This document shows, one piece after another, positions 1 to 12,044 of a stretch of 64,000 bases of DNA. Where the stretch lies: the NCBI RefSeq assembly GCF_964213995.1, contig NC_135808.1:34534001-34598000 (forward strand), written 5' to 3'. The notes under the pieces are model-generated. The model had not been told where the DNA came from. It searched no databases and saw only the letters and a list, made by a program, of their open reading frames with translations. The stretch is from Mustelus asterias (Eukaryota). A program made the position numbers and the translations under genes. Position 1 is the first letter of the stretch, and the number at the start of each line of letters is the position of its first letter.

Positions 1-96
1 CAGGCCTTGATCTAATGCAGCCATCTGATTCAATCTTGCAGCCCCTGATCCTATATCACTGGACTTTCACACCTAGCAAACCATCTACCATCTCCC

Positions 97-2890
97 AAGG
101 GTGGTGTAGTTGTATTGTCGCTGGACTAGACCCAGGGTAATGCTCTGGGGACCTGGGTTCAAATCGCACCACAGCAGATAATAAATTCAATTCAATAAAA
201 AAATCTGGAATTAAAAGTGTAATGGTGACCATAAACCATTGCCAAAGTCACTTATGCCCTAAAACCTACCATTTGGTGACTAGGTAAGGACAGTATTGTG
301 ATTGAGTCTTAAATGGCCGAGCAAGACATTCAGTTGTATCCAACCACAGAAAGTCGACCAAATGGAATGAAACTGGACCTGAGCACCAGAAATGACAATG
401 GCAACAAACATCTGTGGGCTTGTGCCAAAGCTGGGAGAGCTGTCTCACAGACTAGTCACACACACAGAATCATAGACAATGTGCCAGACATCACGGTATG
501 TTCACCAGCAGCACTCACCCAATAGAGCTGGCAGCGCGGGGTATACAGTCAGGAGGAAGTTGTCAAGTTTAACCATATCCCATGAGATCAGAGTGAATGG
601 ACCCCATGAGGTGCCATGGCATAAGAGGAAGAAAAGCGCATGCTGTTTGCCACATATATCACCCCCACCTCCAGCTGATGAATCAGTACTCCTCCATGGC
701 AACAAGGGTGCAGAATGTGGCTTGGTAGCACCATTATAATCCTAAAGACTAGATCTTCAGCAGGTGGTGAGGGAAACAACAAGAGGGAAAAACATACCTG
801 ACCTCATCCTCATCAACCAGCCTGCCACAGATGCATCTGTCCCTGACAGTATCGGTAAGAGTGACCACCGCACAGTCCTTGTGGAGACAAAGTCACATCT
901 TCATTTTGAGGATATCCTCTATCGTGTTGTGTGACACTATTGCCATTCTAAATGGGACAGACTTCAAACAGATCGAGCAACTCGAGACAGGGTAACTGCA
1001 GCATCCAGCCACGAATGGTGGTGGACAATTAAACAACTCACTGGTGAAGGAGAAAGCTCCACAAAGGAGCCCAGAACATCAGTGCAAAAGATAAGGCTGA
1101 AGCATTCGCAACAATCTTCAGCCAGAACTGCCAAGTGGATGATGCATCTTGGCCTCTTCCTGTGGTCCCCAACATCACAGATGTGAGTCTCCAGTCAATT
1201 TGATTCACATTATGTGATATCAAGAAATGGCTGAAGGTACTGGATACTGCAAAGGTTATGGACCATATTCTGGCAAAAGATTTGTGCTCCAGAACTTGCC
1301 ACACCCTAGCTAAAGTGTTCCAGTACAGTTACAATACTGTCATCTACCCAACAATGTGGAAAATTGCCCAGGTATGTCCTCTGCACAAAAAGCAGGACAA
1401 ATCCAACCCAACCAATTACCATGCTATCAGTCTACTCTCGATCATCAGTAAAGTGATGGAAGTGGTCATCGACAGTGCTATCAAGCAGCACCTGCTCAGC
1501 AATAAAGTCACCAAAATCCCAGATGACCATAGGCTGTGACTGGTGGTAGTTTAATCTGAGGATCACCACACATTAGGCGAGGGGCAAGGTTGCAAAGGCG
1601 GGGCCTTCTTGAATAACCTCAGCCGTTACAGGAGTTGAACCCACTCTGTTGGTATCGCTTTGCATCACAAACCAGCTTCCAGCCAACTGAACTAAAGTGA
1701 CCCCCTTAGCTCAGCAATAAGCTGCTCAATGATGCTCAGTTTGGGTTCCTCCAGGGTCACTCAACTCTTGACCTCATTACAGCCTTGGTTCAAACATGGA
1801 CAAAAGAGCTGAATTCAGAGGTGAGGTGAGAGTGACTGCCCATGACGTCAAGGCTGCATTTGACTGAGTGTGGCATCAAACTGGAGTCAATGGGAATCAG
1901 GGGGAAAACCCTCTGCTGATTGTAGTTATTGGCACAAAGGAAGATGGTTGTGGTAGTTGGAAGTCAATCATCTCAGTCCCAGGATCTCTCCGCAGGAGTC
2001 CCTCAGGGTAGTGTCCTCGGCCCAACAATCTTCAGCTGCTTCATCAATGACCTTCCCTCTGTCATAAGGTCAGAAGTGGGGATGTTCGCCGATGATTTGA
2101 CAATGTCAGCACCATGCGTGACTCCTCAGTAACTGAGGGCATCCATGTCCAAATGCAGCAAGACCTGAACAATATCCAGGCTTGAACTGACAAGTGGCAA
2201 GTAACATTTGTGCCACAGAAGTGTCAGGCAATGACCATCTCCAGCAAGAGAGGATCTAACCATCACCCCTTGACATTCAATGGCATTACCATATCTGAAT
2301 AGACTACTATCAAAATCCTGGGGGTTATCATTGACCAGAAACTGAACTGGACTATCCATATAAGTACTGTGGCAACCAGACCAGATCAGAGTGAGGAATC
2401 CTGTGGTGAGGAACTCACCTCCTGACTCCCCAAAGCCTGCCCACCATCTACAAGGCACAAGTCAAGCATTTGGTGGAAAAGTCTGCACTTGCCTGGATGA
2501 GTGCAGCTCCAACGACTCAAGATACTCGACACCATCCAGGACAAAGCAGCCCGCTTGATTGCTATCCCATCCACAAACATTCAATCCCTCCACCACTGAT
2601 GAACAGTGACAGCCATGTGTACCATCTACAAGATTCACTGCAGGAACTCACCAAGGTTCTTTTGGCCGAACTTTCCAAATCCATGGCTATTACCATCTAG
2701 AAGGACAAGAGCTACAGATTTCTGGTAGCACCACCACCTGGAGATTTCCCTCCCAAGTCACTCACCATTCTGACTTGGAAATTTATTGCCTTTCTTTCAC
2801 TGTCGCTGGGTCAAAATCTTGGTACTCCCTCCCTATCAGCACTGTGGGTATGCCTGCACCTCAGGGATTGCAGTGATTCAAGAAGGCAGC
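97..2890 (+). mobile_element. Decayed CR1-superfamily LINE (family B) with tRNA-like 5' head
   Basis: Fragmented ORF2 pieces ([28 protein letters not shown]...MFADD). The 5' end has A/B-box-like ggtggtgtagt...ggttcaaatc. The 3' tail resumes at about 3230-3300, after an HE1 SINE. Confidence 0.85.
1506..1708 (-). mobile_element. tRNA-derived SINE (family C) with 12-bp TSD
   Basis: TSD gctcagcaataa at 1494-1505 and 1709-1720. tRNA-like head on the minus strand. Homologous to 12045-12321. Confidence 0.75.
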
Positions 2891-2899
2891 TCAGCACCA

Positions 2900-3232
2900 A
2901 GGTGGTTAGCACTGCTGTCTCACAACACCAGGGACCCGGGTTTAATCCCAGCCTTGGGTGACTGACTGTGTGAAGTTTGCACATTCTCCCCATGTCTGCA
3001 TGGGTTTCCTCTGGGTGCTCCGGTTTCCTCCCACACTCCAAAGATGCGGATTATTTTGACTGGCCATGCTAAATTACCCCTTAGTATCTCAAGATGTGTA
3101 GGTTAGGGGAATTAGTGGGGTATGTGTGGAGTTAGGGGGATAGGGCCTGGGTAGGATTGTTGTCTGTTGGAGAGTAGGTGCAGACTCGATGGGCCAAATG
3201 GCTTTTTCTACACTGTAGGTACTCTATGATTC
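2900..3232 (+). mobile_element. HE1-type V-SINE
   Basis: tRNA head gtggttagcactgctg...gggtttaatcc, V-domain tttgcacattctcccc...ggtttcctcccac, and a CR1/HER1-like 3' tail. Confidence 0.9.
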
Positions 3233-3825
3233 TCAAGGGCAAGTATGGATGGGCAATGAATGCTGCCAATGAAACCCACACCCCTTAAATGAGTTTTTAA
3301 AAATCTACATGTACCACTAGCCTCTGAGCTTGCTTTTTAATGCTCCACTTGGCAGAGACATCACCTGAAAGGGCTATCCAATTTTATACTTCAGAATATA
3401 CACTAATGTCTGTAAGTAGAAACCCCAGTGGCTGGAAGGTGGTCTATCGTTGTGAAATGTTTACCTGACCATATGTAAGTTCTATGCATGTGTTTGGATT
3501 GCCTTTCATAATTTTTGTTTTTCATTATAAAGATGGTTGCAGGATTTCCTCCCATGTTAGCTTGAGATTTCATTTCATGCCAATAAATATTCTTTCAATA
3601 TAATGATATTGATGATGAAGGAAAGTTAATGCACAGGGTTCCCTCTGGTGGCTGCTAGCCCATTCCCATGTGGGCGAGGCCATGTTGCAATGGAGATTGT
3701 ACAGCTCCATTTTGTCCTTACAGTAAAGCTCAACTTTTTCACCTAAACACTATTGTGATATTGTAATCCAATTTGCTGCCTACCTGAAGGTCTTTATATG
3801 CCCTGTTTGTGAACAGAACTCCCAC

Positions 3826-3862
3826 TTACCTGATGAAGGAGCAGCGCTCCGAAAGCTAGTGG
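3826..3862 (+). ncRNA. Minimal type I hammerhead ribozyme motif (5' pLTR of Penelope element)
   Basis: ttac-CTGATGA-a-ggagc agc gctcc-GAAA-gc-TA-gtgg: conserved core, stem II hairpin, palindromic AGCT in place of stem III, and a 4-bp stem I. Confidence 0.8.
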
Positions 3863-5819
3863 CTTTTGCTACCAAATAAACCTGTTGGACTTTAACCTAG
3901 TGTTGTTAAACTTCTTATTGTGTATAACCGAGAGGATCTCCAAGAAGATCGCGCATATCGACACAGACATCAAGTTTCTACAAACATGCAAGAAAGCAGA
4001 CAAGATACCGAAAGGACTACGGATCACGAATCCACTCAGGTCAACCTTTAACACAGACTACGCAGAGAGACTTTGCCGTCGCACCTCTCTCACCCTCCTC
4101 AAATACCTCATACACCAATGCCGCAGCCTGGAAACCAAGATCGAATCCATATTCTCAACTTGCGCTCAGGACGCAGACCAGCTGCGAAACTCTGCCAAGC
4201 AGACGAGACAAAGGAACTACACCATCTACATGCACACCAAGAACAGGAAACTTGAGAAACTCGGCATCACCACCAGTAGCAACCAAGCCTCCCCCGGCAC
4301 CACAGTAGAAAACAGTACCACTGCAGGGAAGTCCATTGTCAACTTATCGGACTACACACTTCAGCCAGATGAAATCGAAGTTCTCAGCCGAGGGCTCAAC
4401 TTTTGCCCCACTACCAAAATAGACCCCATCAGTCTCGCAGCGGACACAGAGGAATTCATCAGGCGAATGAGGCTGCGGGAGTTCTTCCACAAACCCCAAG
4501 AGCCAACAGTGAACACAATGAGACAGCTAATGAACCGGAACAGCAGACAGAGAGATCCGCAGTGCAACCGAAGAGGAAAGAGTCGAATTGGACTCCTCCG
4601 GAAGGCCGCTGCCCTCGACTTGACATGTATGCCCAAATCATCAGGAGGTGCGTCAACACCAAATTCATCAGTCGCACTCACAAGACAACACCGAACATCA
4701 CCCAAGCACAACGCAACGCCATCCACGCTCTCAAGACCAACCGCAACATTGTCATCAAACCAGCAGACAAAGGAGGGGCCATCGTCATACTGAACAGAAC
4801 GGATTACTGCAAAGAAGTGTACCGACAACTGAACAACGAGGAACACTACAGACAGTTACCCACAGATCCGACCAAAGAACACACCCGTCAACTCAACACT
4901 CTGATCAAAACCTTTGATCCGGACCTTCAGAGCACCCTCCGTGCTCTCATCCCACATACTCCACGCGTTGGAGATCTCTACTGCCTCCCAAAAATACACA
5001 AGGTAAACACACCCGGCCATCCCATCGTTTCAGGAAATGGAACCCTGTGCGAGAACCTCTCCGGCTATGTCGAGGGCATCTTGAAACCCATTGTACAAAG
5101 AACCCCCAGCTTTTGTCGCGACACTACGGACTTCCTACAGAAACTCAACACACATGGAGCAGTTGAACCAGGAGCACTCCTCGTCACAATGGATGTCTCG
5201 GCACTCTACACCAGCATCCCCCACGATTGCTGCAACGGCCTCAGTACTCAATGCCGTCAACTGCCAGTTTCCAGATGCAATTTTACAACTCATCCGCTTC
5301 ATCCTGGACTACAATATCTTCACCTTCAACAACCAGTTCTTCATCCAGACACACGGAACAGCCATGGGGACAAAATTCGCACCTCAATATGCCAACATCT
5401 TCATGCACAGGTTCGAACAAGACTTCTTCACCGCACAGGACCTTCAACCGATGCTATACACTAGATACATCAATGACATTTTCTTCCTTTGGAGTCATGG
5501 TGAGCAATCACTGAAACAACTATATGATGACATCAACAAGTTCCATCCCACCATCAGACTCACCATGGACTACTCTCCGGAATCGGTTGCATTCTTGGAC
5601 ACATGCATCTCCATTAAGGACGGTCACCTCAGCACCTCACTGTACCGCAAGCCCACGGATAACCTCATGATGCTCCACTTCTCCAGCTTCCACCCTAAAC
5701 ACGTAAAAGAAGCCATCCCCTATGGACAAGCCCTCCGAATACACAGGATCTGCTCGGATGAGGAGGATCGCAACAGACACCTCCAGACGCTGAAAGATGT
5801 CCTCATAAGAACAGGATAT

Positions 5820-6994
5820 AAGAACATAAGAACATAAGAAATAGGAGCAGGAGTAGGCCATCTGGCCCTTCGAGCCTGCCCCGCCATTCAACAAGATCAT
5901 GGCTGATCTGAAGCGAATCAGTTCCACTTACCCGCCTGCTCCCCATATCCCCTAATTCCCTTATCGATCAGAAAACTATCTACCCGTGATTTAAACATAT
6001 TCAACGAGGAAGCCTCCACCACTTCAATGGGCAGAGAATTCCAGAGATTCACTACCCTCTGAGAGAAGAAGTTCCCCCTCAACTCTGTTCTGAACCGGCC
6101 CCCCCTTATTTTGAGGCTGTGCCCTCTAGTTCTGGTTTCCCTTCTAAGTGGAAAGAATCTCTCCACCTCTACCCTATCCAGCCCCTTCATTATCTTATAT
6201 GTCTCTATAAGATCACCCCTCATCCTTCTAAACTCCAACGAGTACAGACCCAATCTGTTTAATCTCTCCTCATAAGCTACACCCCTCATCTCCGGTATCA
6301 ACCTGGTGAACCTTCTCTGCACTCCCTCCAAGGCCAATATATCCTTTCGCAAATAAGGGGACCAAAACTGCACACAGTACTCCAATTGCGGCCTCACCAG
6401 TGCCTTGTACAGTTGCAGCAAGACCTCCCTGCTTTTATATTCTATCCCCCTCGCGATAAAGGCCAACATTCCATTCGCCTTCTTGATCACCTGCTGCACC
6501 TGCAGACTGAGTTTTTGCGATTCGTGCCCAAGGACCCCCAGGTCCCTCTGCACAGTCGCACGATGTAATTTTTCTCCATTTAAATAATATTCCAATTTAC
6601 TATTATTTCTTCCAAAGTGGATAACCTCACATTTGCTAACGTTATATTCCATCTGCCAGATCCTCGCCCACTCGCTCAGCCTATCCAAATCTCTCTGCAG
6701 ACTTTCCGCGTCCTCCACGCAATTCGCTTTCCCACTCACCTTCGTGTCATCAGCAAACTTGAATACCCTAGATTCAGTCCCCTCTTCCAGATCATCTATG
6801 TAAATGGTAAACAATTGAGGCCCCAGCACCGATCCCTGCGGCACGCCACTGGTCACCAACTGCCAACCAGAAAAGCACCCATTTATCCCAACTCTCTGCT
6901 TCCTGTTAGATAGCCAATCCCCAATCCACGCCAACACCTTACCCCTAACTCCGTGTACCCCAATCTTCTGCAGCAACCTTTTGTGAGGCACCTT
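5820..6994 (-). mobile_element. 5'-truncated CR1 LINE inserted into the Penelope ORF
   Basis: Uninterrupted RT C-terminal ORF ([23 protein letters not shown]) and a (ttcttatg)n tail at 5820-5840. Confidence 0.95.
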
Positions 6995-7932
6995 GGCGCT
7001 CGACTCATCGATCAACAGTTCCGACGCGCCACAGCGAAAAACCGCACCGACCTCCTCAGAAGACAAACACGGGACACGGTGGACAGAGTACCCTTCGTCG
7101 TCCAGTACTTCCCCGGAGCGGAGAAGCTACGGCATCTCCTCCGGAGCCTTCAACATGTCATTGATGAAGACGGACATCTCGCCAAGGCCATCCCCATACC
7201 CCCACTTCTTGCCTTCAAACAACCACGCAACCTCAAACAGACCATTGTCCGCAGCAAACTAGCCAGCCTTCAGGAGAACAGTGACCACGACACCACACAA
7301 CCCTGCCACAGCAACCTCTGCAAGACGTGCCGGATCATCGACACGGATGCCATCATCTCACGTGAGAACACCATCTACCAGGTACACGGTACCTACTCTT
7401 GCAACTCGGCCAACGTTGTCTACCTGATACGCTGCAGGAAAGGATGTCCCGAGGCATGGTACATTGGGGAAACCATGCAGACGCTACGACAACGGATGAA
7501 TGAACACCGCTCGACAATCACCAGGCAAGACTGTTCTCTTCCTGTGGGGGAGCACTTCAGCAGTTACGGGCATTCAGCCTTGGATCTTCAGGTAAGCGTT
7601 TTCCAAGGCGGCCTTCACGACACACGACAGCGCAGAGTCGCTGAGCAGAAACTGATAGCCAAGTTCCGCACACATGAAAACGGCCTAAACCAGGATGTTG
7701 GATTTATGTCACATTATCAGTAACCCCCACAGCTTGCCTCCTGGGCTTGTAGAATCTCACTAGCTGTTCTGTCTGGAGACAATTACACATCTCTTTAACC
7801 TGTGTTGAATGCTCCCTCCACCCACATTGCCTGTACCTTTAAGACCTGGTTGGTTGTAGAGACTCGCATTCTAATTAGTATTCTGTAACTTGATTTCTGT
7901 GTCTGTGCCCTGTTTGAGAGCAGATATCCACT

Positions 7933-7969
7933 CCATCTGACAAAGGAGCAGTGCTCCAAAAGCTTATGG
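7933..7969 (+). ncRNA. Degenerate hammerhead motif (3' pLTR), G8 and G12 mutated
   Basis: ccat-CTGACAA-a-ggagc agt gctcc-AAAA-gc-TT-atgg. Confidence 0.7.
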
Positions 7970-8259
7970 TATTTGCTACCAAATAAACCTGTTGGACTTT
8001 AACCTGGTGTTGTGAGACTTCTTACTGTGAATAACCGATTGGCCATGGAAGCTGTGAAGAGTTGGTGACCTGAGTCAGGGTCATTTATTAATGAGAGGAG
8101 GGACTGTGGTCATTGTGTGAGTTTAATCTGGTTGGTGCTCCAGCTCTGGGATGATTGTTCCAGTCGGTTTGTTCCGGTTGGTTTGTTGTGTTTGATGATG
8201 TTTAAGTTTCTCTGGGTGAGGTGTTGTTAGTTTTAACCCTGTCTCTCTCTCACACACAG

Positions 8260-8508
8260 ATGTACACCGGGATCTCATGGTCCTGTTTGTTCAGGACGGT
8301 ATTCCCGATAAACACTGGGATGTGGAGGTGGACGGGGATGAGGTTTTCTACATGGATTTCAAACTGAAGAAGGAGGTGGCGCGGATTCCCGAGTTTAACA
8401 GCCAGGCAATACAGGGAGGAGAGGCGGGAATCTCAGCCAGTGTCGCCATCGCGAAACAGAATTTAAATGTTTGGAAGAACCGGTGGAACGGAACCGCGGA
8501 ACCGAGAG
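8260..8508 (+). CDS. DAA: MHC class II alpha chain, exon 2 (alpha1 peptide-binding domain)
   Basis: Pyrimidine tract + CAG acceptor (8257-8259) and GTGAGT donor (8509). 249 bp, phase 1/1. Translation (x)VHRDLMVLFVQDGIPDKHWDVEVDGDEVFYMDFKLKKEVARIPEF...AKQNLNVWKNRWNGTAEPR has the class II alpha1 DGDE-FY-DF motif, N69, R76 and the N78 sequon (HLA-DRA numbering), and closely resembles shark class IIA as I recall it. Confidence 0.95.
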
Positions 8509-8581
8509 GTGAGTGACCGGGTTCACCCCCCTCAGCCCCGGGCTGTGGAGCGGAGCGGAGCGGGCTGAGAGTGAGAGCAGC

Positions 8582-8662
8582 CCGGGGTCGGGGGCCTCAC
8601 TGAGCCGGGGCCGGGGGCCTCACTGAGCCGGGGTCGGGGGCCTCACTGAGCCGGGGCCGGGG
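8582..8662. repeat. GC-rich 23-bp minisatellite, about 3.5 copies
   Basis: ccggggYcgggggcctcactgag at 8582, 8605, 8628 and a partial copy at 8651. Confidence 0.9.
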
Positions 8663-8704
8663 CAGGGCCTCCCGGGGCCGGATTCAATCCCAGAGGATCT
8701 GTAT

Positions 8705-10590
8705 TTGGGATCAATCCCGGCCGCCAGTCTCCCAGGCGCTGATTTTTCGCGCAATCAGTTCGGTGCCGAAATTTGGGGCGGAGCTGATTATCATGTGGAA
8801 ATGTCAATGAAATCTTTATTTAAATTTATTCCGGAACTGAAGTGTCTGGGCCCGCTCGCCCCTCACCTCCTGCCCGCCAGGAGTGATTCACTGCAGCGGG
8901 GTTTACAACAGGGAACAAGGGGCCCAATCCCCCTGGAGTGAAGGGGGGCCATGGAGGCACCCCAGGGGGCCGGAGGTACCCCTGGGGCATTGCCAGCCTG
9001 GTACTGGGCATCTTACAATGCCAAGAGGATGAGACCAGAGGGGACGGGGCCTATTCGGGCAGAAAGAGTGAGGAGGGTGATCAGAGCTTGCCATCAAGTT
9101 GGGGTTGGAGCTGGTTAGGGAGGAGTGGGGTGCAGTGCCAAGGTGCCAGGCTGGAACTACCCAAAGGGCTCCTACCCTCAGCCTCAACGGCCTCCGGTTC
9201 TACCCGCAAGAACAACATAAGACCATAAGACATAGGAGCGGAAGTAAGGCCATTCGGCCCATCGAGTCCACTCCACCATTCAATCATGGTTGATTTCAAC
9301 TCCATTTACCCGCTCTCTCCCCATAGCCCTTAATTCCTCGAGAAATCAAGAATTTATCAATTTCTGTCTTGAAGACGCTCAACTTCTCGGCCTCCACAGC
9401 CCTCTGTGGCAATGAATTCCACAGACCCACCACTCTCTGGCTGAAGAAATTTCTCCTCATCTCTGTTCTAAAGTGACTCCCTTTTATTCTAAGGCTGTGC
9501 CCCCGCGTCCTAGTCTCCCCTGTTAATGGAAACAACTTCCCTACGTCCATCCTATCTAAGCCGTTCATTATCTTGTAAGTTTCTATCAGATCTCCCCTCA
9601 ACCTCCTAAACTCCAATGAATATAATCCCACGATCCTCAGACGTTCATCGTATGTCAGGCCTACCATTCCTGGGATCATCCGTGTGAATCTCCGCTGGAC
9701 CCGCTCCAGTGCCAGTATGTCCTTCCTGAGGTGTGGGGCCCAAAATTGCTCACAGTACTCCAAATGCGGCCTAACCAGTGCTTTATAAAGCCTCAGAAGT
9801 ACATCCCTGCTTTTGTATTCCAAGCCTCTTGAGATAAATGACAACATTACATTTGCTTTCTTAATTACGGACTCAACCTGCAAGTTTACCTTTAGAGAAT
9901 CCTGGACTAGGACTCCCAAGTCCCTTTGCACTTTAGCATTATGAATTTTGTCACCGTTTAGAAAATAGTCCATGCCTCTATTCTTTTTTCCAAAGTGTAC
10001 GACCTCGCACTTGCCCACGTTGAATTTCATCAGCCACTTCTTGGACCACTCTCCTAAACTGTCTAAATCTTTCTGCAGCCTCCCCACCTCCTCAATACTA
10101 CCTGCCCCTCCACCTATCTTTGTATCATCGGCAAACTTGGCCAGAATGCTCCCAGTCCCGTCATCTAGATCGTTAATATATAAAGAGAACAGCTGTTGGG
10201 GAACATGATTGTTCCCCATTCATGGGGAGCAGGTTTTTTCCTCGCCTGAGAGACCTGTCCCTATAAGGCCATTAAGGCAAATGAGCTCGCTAAACACATG
10301 CAAAACACTATTTAAATAAATTATTCAGCGTCTCCCCAGAAATGGGCAAGAAGCTGACCGCGCCAGAAATCCTGTTCCAGTAAGATCGCAAGAGACAAGC
10401 AATGGGGCGTGATCCTGATCTCTTGGCTCTCATGCGAGTTTACTGGCTTGCTCCACCCATCAAAAATCACTCTGCTATGCACAGAGTGTGGGAGATTCAT
10501 TCTGGTAAGTACGCTCAAAAAATGGGCGGAAATGCTCCCATTTCCCACCCATTGGGCGCTTAGTTTTGTTTTGGGAGAATCCCGGCCCTT
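8705..10590. mobile_element. GC-rich non-autonomous (Harbinger-like) DNA element, interrupted by CR1
   Basis: The right end ttgggagaatcccggccc resembles the TIRs at 14878 and 60865, and it shares the internal atttaaat and ggcattgccag motifs. The left boundary is uncertain. Confidence 0.5.
9208..10195 (-). mobile_element. 5'-truncated CR1 LINE
   Basis: ORF 9296-10219 (FADD, LEYCEQFWAP, RGHSLRI) and a short-repeat tail at 9208-9235. Confidence 0.93.
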
Positions 10591-10923
10591 GATCCCATTG
10601 GGGGTTGTAACTGGGAGCATTTCAGTGAAATGCTGAGAATTTTATCATGTTCAGTGGGGTGTCTTTGCCACAGTGATCCCAGAGATCAAACCCTATTACC
10701 ATGTGTATATAAACCATTTAAAAACTGTATTTATCCAAAATCCACTTTACAAAGAGAAAAATAGTATGCAATAATCACAAGAATTTCAATCTATAAGGTA
10801 CTCTGGTCATGTTAGCTTCAGTTGTATAGGCCACACACAAGATCACATCTGGAATATTGTGGTAAGTATTGGTCTCCTTAAATGTGTTGGAAGCAGTACA
10901 TAAAAGTTGTACAAGTTTATTAG

Positions 10924-11217
10924 TCTTTTGGCTAAGATCAAGTGTAGTATCGACATGCTGTGCTTGGTTGAAGTCATTAGGTTACATCTTAGCTTCATTT
11001 GAAGCAATGTTTAAAAGCAGCTTCTCGGCCTTTTGGCTAAGATGCAAATGAGATCAAGCCTTGGAGGAGGAGCTGTGCCTACTCCAATCAGCTTGGATCA
11101 TGTAGATCAAGACCAAGACAGGAGGTGAGAGCCCTGTCTTGTCAGCTTGGATCGGGAATGTTGCAACTTGTTGAGCGTCTGAATTGGACTTGATTTGATT
11201 GAATTGGAATTAAAAAA
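10924..11217 (+). mobile_element. U2 snRNA-derived SINE-like retroposon with 13-bp TSD
   Basis: U2 nt 14-40 at 10925-10951 and U2 nt 4-27 at 11020-11043. A-rich tail. TSD acaagtttattag (10911-10923) / acatgtttattag (11218-11230). Inserted in a decayed CR1 (about 10780-11650). Confidence 0.8.
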
Positions 11218-12044
11218 ACATGTTTATTAGCAGGAATGGACAGGTTGTTTTATGAGGAAAGATTCAAAAAGCTAGGCTGGAGTTTAGAAAAGTTTAGGTG
11301 ACTTGATCAAAATCTTTAGGTTCCTGAGGGGTACTGACAGGGTGAATGTGGAGAGGATGTCTTGTCCAAGAATGTGAGGTCACTGTTTAAAAATAAAGGG
11401 TCGCTCGTTTAAGACTGAGATGAGGATAACTTTTTTTGTCCGAGAGCCATGAGTGTCTGGAACTCTTCCTCAAAAGACAGTGGAAGCAGAATATTTGAAT
11501 ATTTCTAAGGCATAGCTAGATTCTTCACTAACAAGAGGGTGCGACAGGCAGGAATTGAGGTTACAATCAGATCAACCATGATCTTATTGAATGGTGGAGC
11601 AGGCTACTGAGAATCTCAGGGGCCAAGTGGCCTACTCCTGCTCCGAATTTGTATATGCAAATTATTGGTGGTTGCTGTACTAGGTGTTTGTACTAATCTG
11701 TTGGTGTGTTGGCGTACAGTTGACCTGAGGGACTGATGATCGTTCAATTACTTGCTCAGGTGGCAAAATCAGATCTGTCTCATAAGTTGTTTGCAGTGAA
11801 GGAGTAACTTCTCCGGTTAAGCATAGATGTTTACAGCTGCAGCAATAGATCTGATCATTCATCTTCATCATGCACGACTAACATGACAATATTTCCATTA
11901 CATTGAGACAAAAGTCCTGGGACCAATTACACCATGACACCAAAACCAGTGATCACTTGCACCATGGTACTGAATCCAGCAGCTCAGTGGCTGCTTGCGC
12001 CATAGTGCTGAATCCAGGAACTGTAGGGTCTTACAGTTTTTCTA

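Larger units (their letters stand above)
3795..8035 (+). mobile_element. Penelope-like retroelement (RT + GIY-YIG endonuclease), frameshifted and interrupted by CR1
   Basis: ORFs 3885-4793, 4403-5464 (ADKG, LYCLPKIHK, MDVSALYTSIP), 5091-5837 (GTAMG, RYINDIF, YRKPT) and 6995-7723 (NVVYLIRC...WYIGET...RMNEH = GIY-YIG). Direct terminal repeats at about 3795-3930 and 7900-8035. Confidence 0.95.

Noticed and set aside
2900-2955. tRNA genes (also at about 19230-19286, 50575-50644 and others)
   Set aside because: These are tRNA-derived SINE heads continuing into V-domain bodies, with no complete cloverleaf.
1-8259. MHC II alpha exon 1 (leader) and S-X-Y promoter boxes
   Set aside because: I found no convincing ATG-hydrophobic leader with a phase-1 donor or X/Y box pair in the non-repeat parts (3300-3790, 8040-8250). 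They are probably upstream of the window.
10925-11043. Functional U2 snRNA gene
   Set aside because: Only U2 nt 4-40 are present, with no Sm site or 3' stem-loops, and the unit is flanked by a TSD.
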